NCBI GenBank assembly: GCA_965248925.1
Contig: CBDFLE010000006.1
Coordinates: forward strand, 3,648,001-3,712,000
From: Candidatus Multivoradales bacterium
GTDB lineage: Bacteria > Acidobacteriota > Thermoanaerobaculia > Multivoradales > J023
DNA length: 64,000 bases
Direction of reading: 5' to 3'
Shown one piece after another: positions 49,466-59,169 of the stretch. The notes under the pieces were generated by a model, which was not told the DNA's origin, made no database searches, and saw nothing but the letters and a program-made list of their open reading frames with translations. Each line of letters starts with the position of its first letter. Within the stretch, counting starts at the first letter, position 1. Made by a program: the position numbers and the translations under genes.

Positions 49466-52228
49466 ATGTTCGTAGGCTTTGTTTCGCGTCTCTCCCATTC
49501 GCAGACGACTAGCCGCCGCCGCCCGTTGCATTGGCCGTGGTTGAGCGCGGTAGCGGCGATCGGGCTGCTGTGCTGTGCTCAGGCCCAGGCCGGAGTAGTC
49601 GCGTTGCCGTTCGAGCTTGAGCTGAGAGTGGAGAATGTGAGTTCGGTCCATCGTCAAGGCGAAGTCGTGAGTTCAGGGGTGCCGTTGCCGCGCTATGTCG
49701 CGGGAGCACGCAGCAGCCTGGTCGGTTTGAGCCTGTTTGACGAGCAGGGCGAGCCGGTACCCATGCAACTCGAGGTGCTGTCCAGATGGGGAGGACTCGC
49801 CACCAACAACACGCTACCGATCAAGTGGCTACTGGTTTCCTTTCCGGTCGATGTTCTGGCCGGTGGTAGCCGCAGTTTCTTTCTCCGTGACCAACCCGGC
49901 CTCGCGGCCGGCCAGGTGAACGCGTCTTTCATTGACGGTGTTTTGACGGTGGACACCGGCGCGATGAGAGTGGAGTTCCCGAGTTCGGGCGGTTCGTTGC
50001 TGAGCGGTGTCTGGATTGACCAGGTTAGAGTCGTCGAGGGAGGTTTCTTGGATCTCCGAGATGCTGGCGGAGTGCAGGTCGCCGCGGTACTTGAAAGCAG
50101 TGTGATCGAGGTGGCTGGCAAAGTTCGGACGGTAGTCCGGCAACGAATCTCGGTGCCAGCGCTGGGGCTTGCCGCCACTTTGCGTTACCGCCTGGTCACC
50201 GGTAGTGCCGAGTTGCAGGTCGACCTGCGGTTGGAGAACAACGGAGCGTACGGCTCGCCCTTCGAGCCGCTGCCTTCGGCGACTACCCACTTCGACTCTC
50301 TGGAGCTGGTCCTGCGGTTGCCGGCGGCGAGTTCGCGGGTGGCAGACCACCGCCAAGTCTACGCCAGCGGCGGGTCGTCCTTCGAAGTGCAGCAACGCTA
50401 CGGTTTGGCAAGTTCTGCAACTGCGGCGATGAGCGGCTTTAACTACGACGTCTTGATCGATGGAGTGACCGTCCAAGCCAGCGACCGCTTCGCTGGCGGT
50501 CTGGCCACTGACCAGGTGACGGTGGTGGTCGATCGCTTCTGGCAGACCTTTCCCAAGGCGCTGGCGGTAGAGGACCAGGATCTGCGAATCGGCTTATTCC
50601 CCGGCTTTGGCAACGGGCCGGAGTTCCGCGGTCAGTACGAGAGCCCGCCCGACATCACCGGCGTTGGCGGTAGTGGCAGCGTGCTCGACCCGCTTGATAG
50701 CACTGCCTTTCGCTTCGAGGGCGGCCGCTGGTCGAGCCACTTGCTGGAACTGGGCTTCCGAGCGGTATCGCAAGTAGACCCGGAGCAAGTAGCGGAGCGG
50801 GTCGAAGCGCTGGCGCAACCATTGATGGCTCTGCCCGCTGATGAGCGGTGGGTTTTCGAGGTCTTCGCTTTCGGCGAGATACAGATCCCGCGGTTACAGG
50901 ATCTGTATCAACGATTCGAGCAGATGCAGGAAGTGCTAGTCGATGATGCCGCCGCCGACCAGGTCTCCGGACTGGGTCGAATCGGGCTGCGAGGCTATCG
51001 CGATCGGGGCGGCCGTTGGGGCGGTCGGCAGATGTACGGCTGGCAGAATTTCGGCGATCTGTCGGGGGCCTATGGTTACTCCGGCGGCCACTACGACCTG
51101 GCTTTCTCGGTGCTGATCAACTACTTCCGCACCGGCGATCGCCGATTTCTGGATACTGGCCGCGACCTGATCCACCACCGACGCGACTACGACCAATACC
51201 ACAGCCGTGATCTGGCCGATCCGCGTCGGGGTGGCCAGTTCCTCGACAAAGGTTTTTGGCACGGTAATTCCGGAGCTCCGAGCGGGACCGCCATCTGGGT
51301 CCACGGTCTGTTGCTGTGGCATGTGATGACCGGCGATCCGGGAGCGCGCGAGGCGGCCGTCGAGGTCGGTGAGTTCATTGGCCGCCAATCTCCTGAGACC
51401 TGGAGCGGCTATTGGGGCGCGGCTCAGATCGGCTGGCAGCTAGAGGCTCTGGTACACCTCTACAACTATCTCGGCGATGAGTCCTACCTGGAGCAGGCCA
51501 AGTTGGTGGTCGAGCGGTGGGTGGAGCTTGAGCAGAGTCAGCCCAGCTGCGGCGCGGCCCTGGGCTGTGGCTATGTGCTCAATCCGGGTTTCAATCCGGG
51601 GTCGAACAACGTACCTAGCGAGTTCGAGCCCTTCTACTCGCAGAGTGCGACGATCCCCGGCTATCAGCCCGCCAGTCACGCCGTGGTTGCCATGGCGATG
51701 GCCAAGCTGTACTTCATCGACCTCGACGTGGCGGTCTACCGAGCACTATCGAGGTTGGGTGGTCAGCTGTCTGCCCAGGCGCTGGTAGCTGCTGATGTGG
51801 ATGCCGCGACAGGTCCCTGGGTGCATGGCCGGCTGTGCTTCGCAAGCGCCGAGCCATTGTCCGAGCCTAGCTTCTCGCTCGACCCGAGCACCCACGACGG
51901 CTGGGCGGTGATCACCGCGCTGGTTTACCACGACTTTGTCGAGGCGATGGTTCAAGGGGTTGCCTTGTCGCCGTCGTCGCAGAGTGCGTTTCAGGCGCTT
52001 TACAACTTCCTCTTCGATAGCTTCCTGATGCCCCCTACGAGTGTGATCTTGCCAGCAGTGTTGAGCCCGATCGGCTGGCATCCCTCTGCTTCAAGCGGCA
52101 CCCAGGAGCATGCGCAGAGGGCGTTGTGGGGCTTGCAGCTGACTGCGCTGGTGAAGCTCTATGCCCAGATCATCGAGCTGGGTGAGTCGATCATCATCCA
52201 GGTCGATCCGACAGCGCCGAGGAGTTGA
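49466..52228 (+). CDS. Secreted PcRGLX/YetA-like protein (RIFT barrel + beta-sandwich + alpha/alpha barrel; possible polysaccharide lyase)
   Basis: AAGGAG RBS, signal ending AQA; VSSGVPLP, PVPMQLEVLSRW..IKWLLVSF, GWQNFGD, HYD..YFRTGD, GLLLWHVMTGD. Confidence 0.6.
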   Translation: MFVGFVSRLSHSQTTSRRRPLHWPWLSAVAAIGLLCCAQAQAGVVALPFELELRVENVSSVHRQGEVVSSGVPLPRYVAGARSSLVGLSLFDEQGEPVPMQLEVLSRWGGLATNNTLPIKWLLVSFPVDVLAGGSRSFFLRDQPGLAAGQVNASFIDGVLTVDTGAMRVEFPSSGGSLLSGVWIDQVRVVEGGFLDLRDAGGVQVAAVLESSVIEVAGKVRTVVRQRISVPALGLAATLRYRLVTGSAELQVDLRLENNGAYGSPFEPLPSATTHFDSLELVLRLPAASSRVADHRQVYASGGSSFEVQQRYGLASSATAAMSGFNYDVLIDGVTVQASDRFAGGLATDQVTVVVDRFWQTFPKALAVEDQDLRIGLFPGFGNGPEFRGQYESPPDITGVGGSGSVLDPLDSTAFRFEGGRWSSHLLELGFRAVSQVDPEQVAERVEALAQPLMALPADERWVFEVFAFGEIQIPRLQDLYQRFEQMQEVLVDDAAADQVSGLGRIGLRGYRDRGGRWGGRQMYGWQNFGDLSGAYGYSGGHYDLAFSVLINYFRTGDRRFLDTGRDLIHHRRDYDQYHSRDLADPRRGGQFLDKGFWHGNSGAPSGTAIWVHGLLLWHVMTGDPGAREAAVEVGEFIGRQSPETWSGYWGAAQIGWQLEALVHLYNYLGDESYLEQAKLVVERWVELEQSQPSCGAALGCGYVLNPGFNPGSNNVPSEFEPFYSQSATIPGYQPASHAVVAMAMAKLYFIDLDVAVYRALSRLGGQLSAQALVAADVDAATGPWVHGRLCFASAEPLSEPSFSLDPSTHDGWAVITALVYHDFVEAMVQGVALSPSSQSAFQALYNFLFDSFLMPPTSVILPAVLSPIGWHPSASSGTQEHAQRALWGLQLTALVKLYAQIIELGESIIIQVDPTAPRS

Positions 52229-52231
52229 GTC

Positions 52232-54967
52232 TCAGCCTTCGGGCGGCGAAGCCACAGCGCGAAACTGCTCAGCTTCTGGGTGGCGCCCGAGCTGTTGGTA
52301 CAGCTCGGCCAGAAACTGGGCCGCTCGGCGGCCGAGTACTCGGGTCCTGTCGCTGCCTTCCGCGGCTGCCTCGAAGGCGATCAGCAGCTGCTCTTCGGCC
52401 TCGCCAAGGCGCCCGAGCTGGCGCAAGGTCCGGGAAAGGCCGAGGCGGGTGAGGAGGGTGTCTGGATCGCTGTCTCCGAGGTGGTTGGTGCGGAAGTCCA
52501 AGGCTCGTCGAAACTGAACCATGGCTTGGTCAAGCTGCTCGGCCCCTTGTAGCGCCGAGGCCAGATTGTGCCGTGCCAAGGCGGTGGCGGGGTGTTGCTC
52601 CCCATGCACCTGGCGTCTGGCCTCGAGCACCTGGCGAAAGTAGCGAGCTGCTTCTAGTGGTTGGTGCTTCTTGATCAGGAAGGAGCCGAGGTTGCTCAGT
52701 GTGCTCAGCAGGTCGTTGTGGGTCGGCTGCAGGTGCTGGCGTTGGATTTCGAGAGCTTGCCGCAGATACTCGATTCCCTCTTCTGTGCGTCTCTCACGGT
52801 AGCTGGCCGCCGCTAGATTGTTCAGCGTCAGGGCGATCGCTGGATGACTGGCGCCGTGCAAAGCGCGGTTGAATTCTAGTTCGCGCAAGAACAGGCTCTT
52901 GGCTTCTTCGATTCGGCCTTGGGCAAAAATGCTTTTGGCGAGTAAATTGAGTTCTTCGACCACTTTGGGATGGGCTCTGCCCCGTTCCTGGCGTTGAATC
53001 TCCAAAGTCTGGCGGAAGATCTGCTCGGCCTCGGTGTAGCGTTTTTCGATGTTGGCGGCTCGGCCCAGGCCTTGGAGGGTTGCCGCGAGGTCGATTGGGT
53101 TGGAGTCCGCATTGGCTCGATGCAGGTCGAGGGCTTCTTGGAAGTGTGTCTCAGCCAGATCGGTGTGGCCTTCCTGGAGCTCGAGCAATCCCAGGTGGGT
53201 CAAGCTGGCGGCGATCTGGCGATCCTCGGTGACCTCCGCTTGGCGGCGGAGGCGCAGCGCTTCGTCGAAGGCTGTCCGGGCCTGGTCGTAGTGGCCAGCG
53301 TCGAACAGCGTGACGCCCAAGTGGTCGAGACTGTCGGCCAGTCTTGGCGCCTCCGCGCCGAGTAGGCGGCGGTTCAGGGCGACTGCTTCTTCGAGCTGCT
53401 TGGAACTTCGTTCGTAGAGGCCCAGGTCGCGTTGCAGGACGCCAAATCGGTCGAGTAGAGCAGCTCGCAACCCAGGCTGATCCGCCAGTTCTGAATTGAG
53501 CACCTCGACTGCGCGATCGAACGCTTCCTTGACCGTCAGCTCTTCGCCGAGCAAGGTGCCCGCGGACTGAAAGATCTCAGCCAAGAACTGGAAGGTGCGT
53601 TCATTCTTGATTTGCTCCGCTTTCACTTCGGCCAGGCTGTCTTCGGCCCGCTGGCGCTCGCGATCGGCGATTCGCGCTTGCCAGGAAATCGCCACGATGC
53701 CGGCCAGCAGGGATGCGACCGCCAAGACGGTGGCGGCGACCCCGAGTCGGTGGCGGAGGACGAATTTGGAAGTTCGATAGCTCAAGGTGTCGCGCCGCGC
53801 ACTGACCGGCAGACCGCGTAGATGACGCTCGATGTCGTTGGCGAGCTGTTCCACCGAGGGGTAGCGGCGCTTGGGTTCCTTGCGCAAGGCCATCAGCACG
53901 ATGTTGTCGAGGTCACCTTCGAGCTTGCGCCGCAGCTTGGTGGTGGTCGCAGTGCGCGACTCGTCATGGCTGCCCGGCGCCGGCGTTGCCGCCGGTGCGG
54001 TGCGCTCGGGAGGGCGCGACAAGGCCAGGCTGGGACGTTCGATCGGTTCTTCGGTGACGATCCTGGCGGCTTCCGGGGAGATTCGTTCGGGCAGCCGGTA
54101 GGGGCGCTGGCCGGTGGTCAACTCGTAGAGCACCACGCCGAGTGAGTAGACATCTGAGGCGGTGGTGATCAGGGTGCCGCGCATTTGCTCCGGGCTAGCG
54201 TACTCCGGAGTCATCGGCCGCAAGTCGGCGGCGGTGGGGGTGACCCCCATCATCACCGGCAGAGGTTCGAGCAGCTTGGCGGTGCCGAAGTCCAACACCC
54301 TGGGCACGCCGTCGGCGGTGACCAGGATATTCGACGGTTTGAGGTCGCGATGCACCACCAGATTTTGGTGCGCGTATTGCACCGCGCTACAGATCTTGCA
54401 GAACAGCTCTAGCCGCTGGCGCAGAGAGAGGTCGGCGCGCTCGCAGTAGGTGTCTACTGGCTCGCCGTCGATGTGCTCCATCACCAAGTAGGGGCGTCCA
54501 TCCGCCAGCGTGCCGCCGTCGAGCAGCCTGGCGATCGAGGGGTGATCGAGGCTGGCCAGGATCTGCCGTTCCTGGCGAAAACGGGCGACGATGAAGTCGC
54601 TGTTCATGCCGCGGCGAATGATCTTGACCGCGACGTGCTGTTGGTATTGTTGATCGGCGCGGGCGGCGAGATAGACTGTCGACATGCCGCCTTGGCCGAT
54701 CTTGTGCAGGATCTTGTAATGACCGACGGTCTGGCCTTGCAGCGGGTCGAGATCCGTGGCCGTGGGATCCAGTCCGGGCCTGCCTAGCACCGGTGTTTCG
54801 ATAAAGTCGCCAGCGCGATGGTGATCGCGAAGTAGCCGCTGGACTTGGGCGAGCAGCTCAGCCTGGTCACCGCAGGCGTGGGCGACGAACTCTTGCTGCT
54901 CGTCCAACGGCAGTTCGACGGCTTCGGTGAAGAGTTGCTTGATGATTTGCCAGTGCTCGGAATCCAT
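52232..54967 (-). CDS. Membrane Ser/Thr protein kinase with extracytoplasmic TPR repeats
   Basis: GQGGMSTVY, VAVK, HRDLKPSN, DFG, TPEYASPEQ, DLDNIVLMALRKEPKRRY; TM; TPRs; start MDSEHWQIIKQLF. Confidence 0.95.
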   Translation of the reverse strand: MDSEHWQIIKQLFTEAVELPLDEQQEFVAHACGDQAELLAQVQRLLRDHHRAGDFIETPVLGRPGLDPTATDLDPLQGQTVGHYKILHKIGQGGMSTVYLAARADQQYQQHVAVKIIRRGMNSDFIVARFRQERQILASLDHPSIARLLDGGTLADGRPYLVMEHIDGEPVDTYCERADLSLRQRLELFCKICSAVQYAHQNLVVHRDLKPSNILVTADGVPRVLDFGTAKLLEPLPVMMGVTPTAADLRPMTPEYASPEQMRGTLITTASDVYSLGVVLYELTTGQRPYRLPERISPEAARIVTEEPIERPSLALSRPPERTAPAATPAPGSHDESRTATTTKLRRKLEGDLDNIVLMALRKEPKRRYPSVEQLANDIERHLRGLPVSARRDTLSYRTSKFVLRHRLGVAATVLAVASLLAGIVAISWQARIADRERQRAEDSLAEVKAEQIKNERTFQFLAEIFQSAGTLLGEELTVKEAFDRAVEVLNSELADQPGLRAALLDRFGVLQRDLGLYERSSKQLEEAVALNRRLLGAEAPRLADSLDHLGVTLFDAGHYDQARTAFDEALRLRRQAEVTEDRQIAASLTHLGLLELQEGHTDLAETHFQEALDLHRANADSNPIDLAATLQGLGRAANIEKRYTEAEQIFRQTLEIQRQERGRAHPKVVEELNLLAKSIFAQGRIEEAKSLFLRELEFNRALHGASHPAIALTLNNLAAASYRERRTEEGIEYLRQALEIQRQHLQPTHNDLLSTLSNLGSFLIKKHQPLEAARYFRQVLEARRQVHGEQHPATALARHNLASALQGAEQLDQAMVQFRRALDFRTNHLGDSDPDTLLTRLGLSRTLRQLGRLGEAEEQLLIAFEAAAEGSDRTRVLGRRAAQFLAELYQQLGRHPEAEQFRAVASPPEG

Positions 54968-55070
54968 GCTCAGTAGGCCGTTCTTGGAGATGTTTTCACG
55001 ATATGTTATCTCGCTGGGCGGGTCTGGTTGGCGGGCCGGCCACAAGAAATAGGAATTTTGGATACGCGAA

Positions 55071-55820
55071 ATGGGGCGAAGACTTCTTTGGCTGCCGCTA
55101 AATCTGTTGCAGGCGGCCTTTCTGGGGCTGTGGTCCCTCGGCTGGATCTTGGCTGCCCTGGCGGTTCGCCTGATCGCCCGCAGTCCTGAGCCGGCGCTGG
55201 CCATGGCGCGGCGCCTGTGGGCGCCCGGATTGCTATGGGGTGCATTGGCCCGGCTCGAGGTTCGCGGCTTGGAACAGGTGGATTTCTCGCGTCCGGCGCT
55301 CTTTGTGATGAACCACCGGTCGCAGATCGATATCGTGGTGGCTTTTCGTGCCTTGCCGGTCAATTTGCGCTTTATCGTCAAAGACGAACTGCGCCGAGTG
55401 CCGGTGTTGGGTTGGTACATCGCTGCCATGGGCATGATCTTCGTCGACCGAAGGCGTCGTATACAGGCCCTCAACAGCATTGCCGAAGCAGCTCGTTTGC
55501 TGCGCGAGGGGCATTCGGTGTTCGCATTTCCGGAAGGTGGCCGATCCCGTGGCGGGCACCTGCGGTCGTTCAAGACCGGTGCTCTGCTACCTGCTATCGA
55601 AGCCGGGGTGCCGGTGGTGCCGATCGCCCTCGAAGGAGCGGACCGGATCTTGCCGCCGGATGGTTTTGCCGCCCGTCCCGGCAAGCTGCGGTTAGCCATC
55701 GGCGAACCGTTGGCGACCACCGGATTGGCGGCGGCCGACCGCCGTGAGTTTGCCCAACGGGTCCGCGACCAGGTGAGCGGACTCTATGATCAGCTGGTCG
55801 CAGAAGCGTGGCAACATTGA
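55071..55820 (+). CDS. PlsC-type lysophospholipid acyltransferase
   Basis: NHRSQID (HX4D), FVDR, FPEGGRS, VPVVPI. Confidence 0.9.
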   Translation: MGRRLLWLPLNLLQAAFLGLWSLGWILAALAVRLIARSPEPALAMARRLWAPGLLWGALARLEVRGLEQVDFSRPALFVMNHRSQIDIVVAFRALPVNLRFIVKDELRRVPVLGWYIAAMGMIFVDRRRRIQALNSIAEAARLLREGHSVFAFPEGGRSRGGHLRSFKTGALLPAIEAGVPVVPIALEGADRILPPDGFAARPGKLRLAIGEPLATTGLAAADRREFAQRVRDQVSGLYDQLVAEAWQH

Positions 55821-55895
55821 CCGCTCAGGGGGCATCTTCTAGGCTTGGGGCTCAGTAGGGGTGCGGGCGAAGATTTGCAGGGGAGCGACCCAACG

Positions 55896-56825
55896 ATGAC
55901 AGCAAGGACAGCAACAGCGATCTCAGAGCCCGGTGTGCCGAAGATGGCCGACGCCGAAGTACCGGAGTGGGTGAGAGGCTACCTGGGTTGGCGATCCGGC
56001 TGGCGGACTATTGCCGATGGGTTGGAGCTACGCCAGGTCGAAGGTGACGAGCATTGCCTGCTGTCCCTCCGGGCGACGGCAGCGGTGCTGCTCGACCAGC
56101 AAGATTTTACCGCTCGCACCGGGCAGCTCTATGACGCACTCGGCTCGCGCCTGCGGCTTTCCAGCCACTGCCATGCAATTCGTCTGTGGAATTTCATTCC
56201 CGACATCCTGCATCCCCTGGGCGATCTTCCGCACCGCTACATGGCCTTTAATGCCGGCCGTTTCCAGGCCTATTTGCGCTGGTTTGGCGATGTTACCGCG
56301 TTGACCCGACGGGTCCCGACCGCTTCGGCGGTAGGGCATCGGGGCGATTCCTTGGTGGTGCATTGCTTGGCTGCTGATCGCTGCGGTACGCCGGTCGAAA
56401 ATCCACTACAAGTGGCTTCCTACCATTACTCAAAATGCTATGGTTCGCCGCCCCCGACCTTCGCTCGGGCGACTCGCGTGGAGGGCGATGACTCCCTGCT
56501 GTTGGTGGGCGGCACGGCCAGCGTGCGCGGTGAGCACAGTACCCACCTGGGCCGACTCGAAAGCCAGCTCGACGATACCTTCGAGAATCTGGCGATGCTG
56601 GTTCAAGAGGGTTTGGGGGGTGGCGATGGCGGCGGCTTGGCGGCGGCTTGGCGACGTTTCCGAACCCTGCGGGTCTATTGGGTCGAAGCCGCTGACTTGC
56701 CGGTCATCCAACAGCGGGTCGAGCAGACCTTTGTCAGCGCCACTGAGATCGAATACGTCGCAGCCGAACTCTGCAGGCCAGAGCTGCTGGTCGAGATCGA
56801 GGGCGTTGCTGGACTGAGCGGCTGA
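55896..56825 (+). CDS. Chorismatase, FkbO/Hyg5/XanB2 family (hydroxybenzoate-forming type)
   Basis: RLWNFIPDI, RYMAFNAGR, PTASAVG, ENPLQVASYHYS..YG..PPTFARAT, GTASVRG, LCRPELLVEIEG. Confidence 0.88.
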   Translation: MTARTATAISEPGVPKMADAEVPEWVRGYLGWRSGWRTIADGLELRQVEGDEHCLLSLRATAAVLLDQQDFTARTGQLYDALGSRLRLSSHCHAIRLWNFIPDILHPLGDLPHRYMAFNAGRFQAYLRWFGDVTALTRRVPTASAVGHRGDSLVVHCLAADRCGTPVENPLQVASYHYSKCYGSPPPTFARATRVEGDDSLLLVGGTASVRGEHSTHLGRLESQLDDTFENLAMLVQEGLGGGDGGGLAAAWRRFRTLRVYWVEAADLPVIQQRVEQTFVSATEIEYVAAELCRPELLVEIEGVAGLSG

Positions 56826-58186
56826 TGGCCGCGGCACCGCCGCAGCTCGATGTAGTGGTGATCGGTGGTGGCCCGGCAGGGGCGATAACCGCCCGCCAGT
56901 TGGCTTTGGGTGGTCTCGATGTCGTGCTGCTCGAGCGCCAGCCCATGCCGCGTTTCCAGATCGGTGAATCCTTGCTTCCCAGAACCTTTGACCAGCTGCG
57001 TGACCTGGGGCTCGGTGCTCAGCTGGAGCAGCTGCCGAGAGTGACCAAGGGCGGTGCCGAATTTGTTGTCGGACACGGCTTGGATGCGCCTTCATGGGCC
57101 CACTTCAGCGAGGCCCTCGACGGTACCGGCGAGGAGTCGGTGAACATCACCAGGGCGCCCTTCGACGCCATGTTGGTCGAAGCGGCGAGAGAGGCTGGCG
57201 CGCGGGTCGAAGAAGGGGTGGGGGTGCGCGGCTTGAACTGTCTTGAGGAGGGCCGGGTGGAACTCGAGGCGAAAGGGCCGGAAGGTTCGTCGCGGCAGTG
57301 GCGAGCACGCTGGTTGGTCGATGCTTCAGGACAAGCGACGGTGGTCGGGCGCCATCTGGGGTCGCGACAGGCGCTGCCTCTAGAGCGCCGGGTGGCTTGT
57401 TTTGGCCACTTTCGGGGCGTTCGCCGGCATGCCGGGGAGGCGGGGGGGTACATCTCGATCGTGATCTGCCAGGAGGGCTGGTTCTGGCTGATTCCGCTGG
57501 ATGACGAGCACACTTCGATCGGGCTGGTGATCGACCAAGAAGCCGCCCGTAAGAGCGGCGTGGCGGCGCGGGAAGTGCTGGCATGGGGCATCGAGCGGTG
57601 CCCGGTAGTGGCTGAGCGTTGCCAAGCTGCGGAGTTGGTAGGCGCGACCCGAGTGCGTGCCGACTTCAGCTACTCCTGCCGGCCCTATGCCGGCTCAGGA
57701 TATTTTTTGGTCGGCGACGCTGCGACCTTCATTGATCCGATTTTTTCCACCGGTGTCTGTCTCGGCATGATGTCGGGCGCCGAGGCCGCCTTACATCTGC
57801 TGCGGATCCTCCGCCAGGGGCGGTCGGCCAAGCCCCTACTTAGGAAGTATCGGCGCTACGTCGAGCGCAGTTCGCGAACTTTCTACCGGCTGGTGGAGCA
57901 ATTCTACGATCCGGCGTTCCGCGATCTCTTTCTCGGTACCAAGGGGCCGCTGGGGGTGCATCGGGCGATGCTCTCGGTGTTGGCCGGCGATGTCTATCCG
58001 CGACCGCGCTTTTCAATGCGCTGGCGGATGGCCTTGATGGAGTTGTTTATCGTGTTGCAGCGGCGGGTAGGCCTGGCGCCACGGCGACAGGCCTACTCGC
58101 TACTTGATCGCGCTGGTGCTTCGTCCTTCCCCACCGCAGCAGCACCCGCCGCTGGTGGGTTCTCCTCGGCGCCCGTTGAGGAGTGA
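56825..58186 (+). CDS. Flavin-dependent halogenase (carrier-protein-tethered substrate type)
   Basis: GGGPAG, IGESLLP, WFWLIP (WxWxIP), GDAATFIDPIFSTGV; coupled to chorismatase (TGATG). Confidence 0.85.
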   Translation: MAAAPPQLDVVVIGGGPAGAITARQLALGGLDVVLLERQPMPRFQIGESLLPRTFDQLRDLGLGAQLEQLPRVTKGGAEFVVGHGLDAPSWAHFSEALDGTGEESVNITRAPFDAMLVEAAREAGARVEEGVGVRGLNCLEEGRVELEAKGPEGSSRQWRARWLVDASGQATVVGRHLGSRQALPLERRVACFGHFRGVRRHAGEAGGYISIVICQEGWFWLIPLDDEHTSIGLVIDQEAARKSGVAAREVLAWGIERCPVVAERCQAAELVGATRVRADFSYSCRPYAGSGYFLVGDAATFIDPIFSTGVCLGMMSGAEAALHLLRILRQGRSAKPLLRKYRRYVERSSRTFYRLVEQFYDPAFRDLFLGTKGPLGVHRAMLSVLAGDVYPRPRFSMRWRMALMELFIVLQRRVGLAPRRQAYSLLDRAGASSFPTAAAPAAGGFSSAPVEE

Positions 58187-59169
58187 GTCGGTCGGGAGTT
58201 GGCCCAGGTTTCCTGAACCAACTCACGGGGCCACAGGCGGCGGAAGCAGAACCACTGCTCCGGGTGCTGGCGGATGGCCCATTCGATCTCATTGGCAATT
58301 CGTTGTGCCGTGCGTTGGCTGTCGAGCTGACGATCAGCGTTGCGGTCGGCCTCGATCGGCTGGCGGAAGACGACTCGGGCGCGCCGCCGGCCTTCGCGAA
58401 AGACGAACACCGGCACGATGGGTACGGCCGCGGCGCGGGCCAGAGCGATGGTGCCCGCCGGCAGCAGGTAGGGCAGGCCAAACAAGCGCACCTCGACGGT
58501 CTTGCCGTGGGCGCTGGGGCGATCCCCCTGCAAAGCCACCAATTCTCCTCGCCGCAGGGCAAACATCAGCCGAGTGCCGATGCTCGCCTCGTTGTCAGCG
58601 AAATGCACGGTGTAGCCATCGCTGGCCTGAGCTGCCAGCTGCTGCTCGAGAAAAGCTTGGGCGCGAGGATCCATCTCACGCTCGCGAACGACGTTGACAT
58701 GCCGCTGGCTGCGTTCCGATGCGACCCATGAACCGGCTTCCCAATGGCCGATGTGGGCGGTCGCCAAGACCAGGCCGCGAGGGCTTTCGAGCAGTTGGTC
58801 CCAGGTCTCGTTGCCCTCCAGAACGGGTTCGATCTGGCCTCCGGGATGCTGTCTTTCGTAGCGCTCGGTGAGGCACCAGGCGTGATTCCACAAGGTGCGA
58901 AACCCCCGTCGCTGGCGGCGCCACCAGCCACAGGGTCCCAACACCGCTTCGAGGTTGCCGGCCACCGCTTGGCGTACTTGGGGCAAAAGGAGGAAGAAAA
59001 GGGCAGTAAAGGCGGCGGTCACCACCCACACCGCCCAGCCAGGAAGCAGTCGCAAAGCGCTGGCGTGCAGGCGGTACCAGAAGACGCCGGTGAAATGCAG
59101 CGGCCCGAGCAGGCGCCGAAGCCGGCCGACTTCAGGAGCTTGCGGTGGCGAGGGGGTTGCCGTTCTCAC
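58093..59169 (-). CDS. LpxL/HtrB-type acyltransferase
   Basis: ATAHIGHWE, LQGDR, LFGLP..P.G..LA, PIVPVF, HPEQWF. Confidence 0.88.
   Translation of the reverse strand: MRTATPSPPQAPEVGRLRRLLGPLHFTGVFWYRLHASALRLLPGWAVWVVTAAFTALFFLLLPQVRQAVAGNLEAVLGPCGWWRRQRRGFRTLWNHAWCLTERYERQHPGGQIEPVLEGNETWDQLLESPRGLVLATAHIGHWEAGSWVASERSQRHVNVVREREMDPRAQAFLEQQLAAQASDGYTVHFADNEASIGTRLMFALRRGELVALQGDRPSAHGKTVEVRLFGLPYLLPAGTIALARAAAVPIVPVFVFREGRRRARVVFRQPIEADRNADRQLDSQRTAQRIANEIEWAIRQHPEQWFCFRRLWPRELVQETWANSRPTHSSTGAEENPPAAGAAAVGKDEAPARSSSE

Noticed and set aside
54968-55720. 250-aa N-terminal extension of the kinase in the ORF track (52232..55720)
   Set aside because: Antisense shadow of the PlsC gene; the family-typical start is MDSEHWQ at 54967
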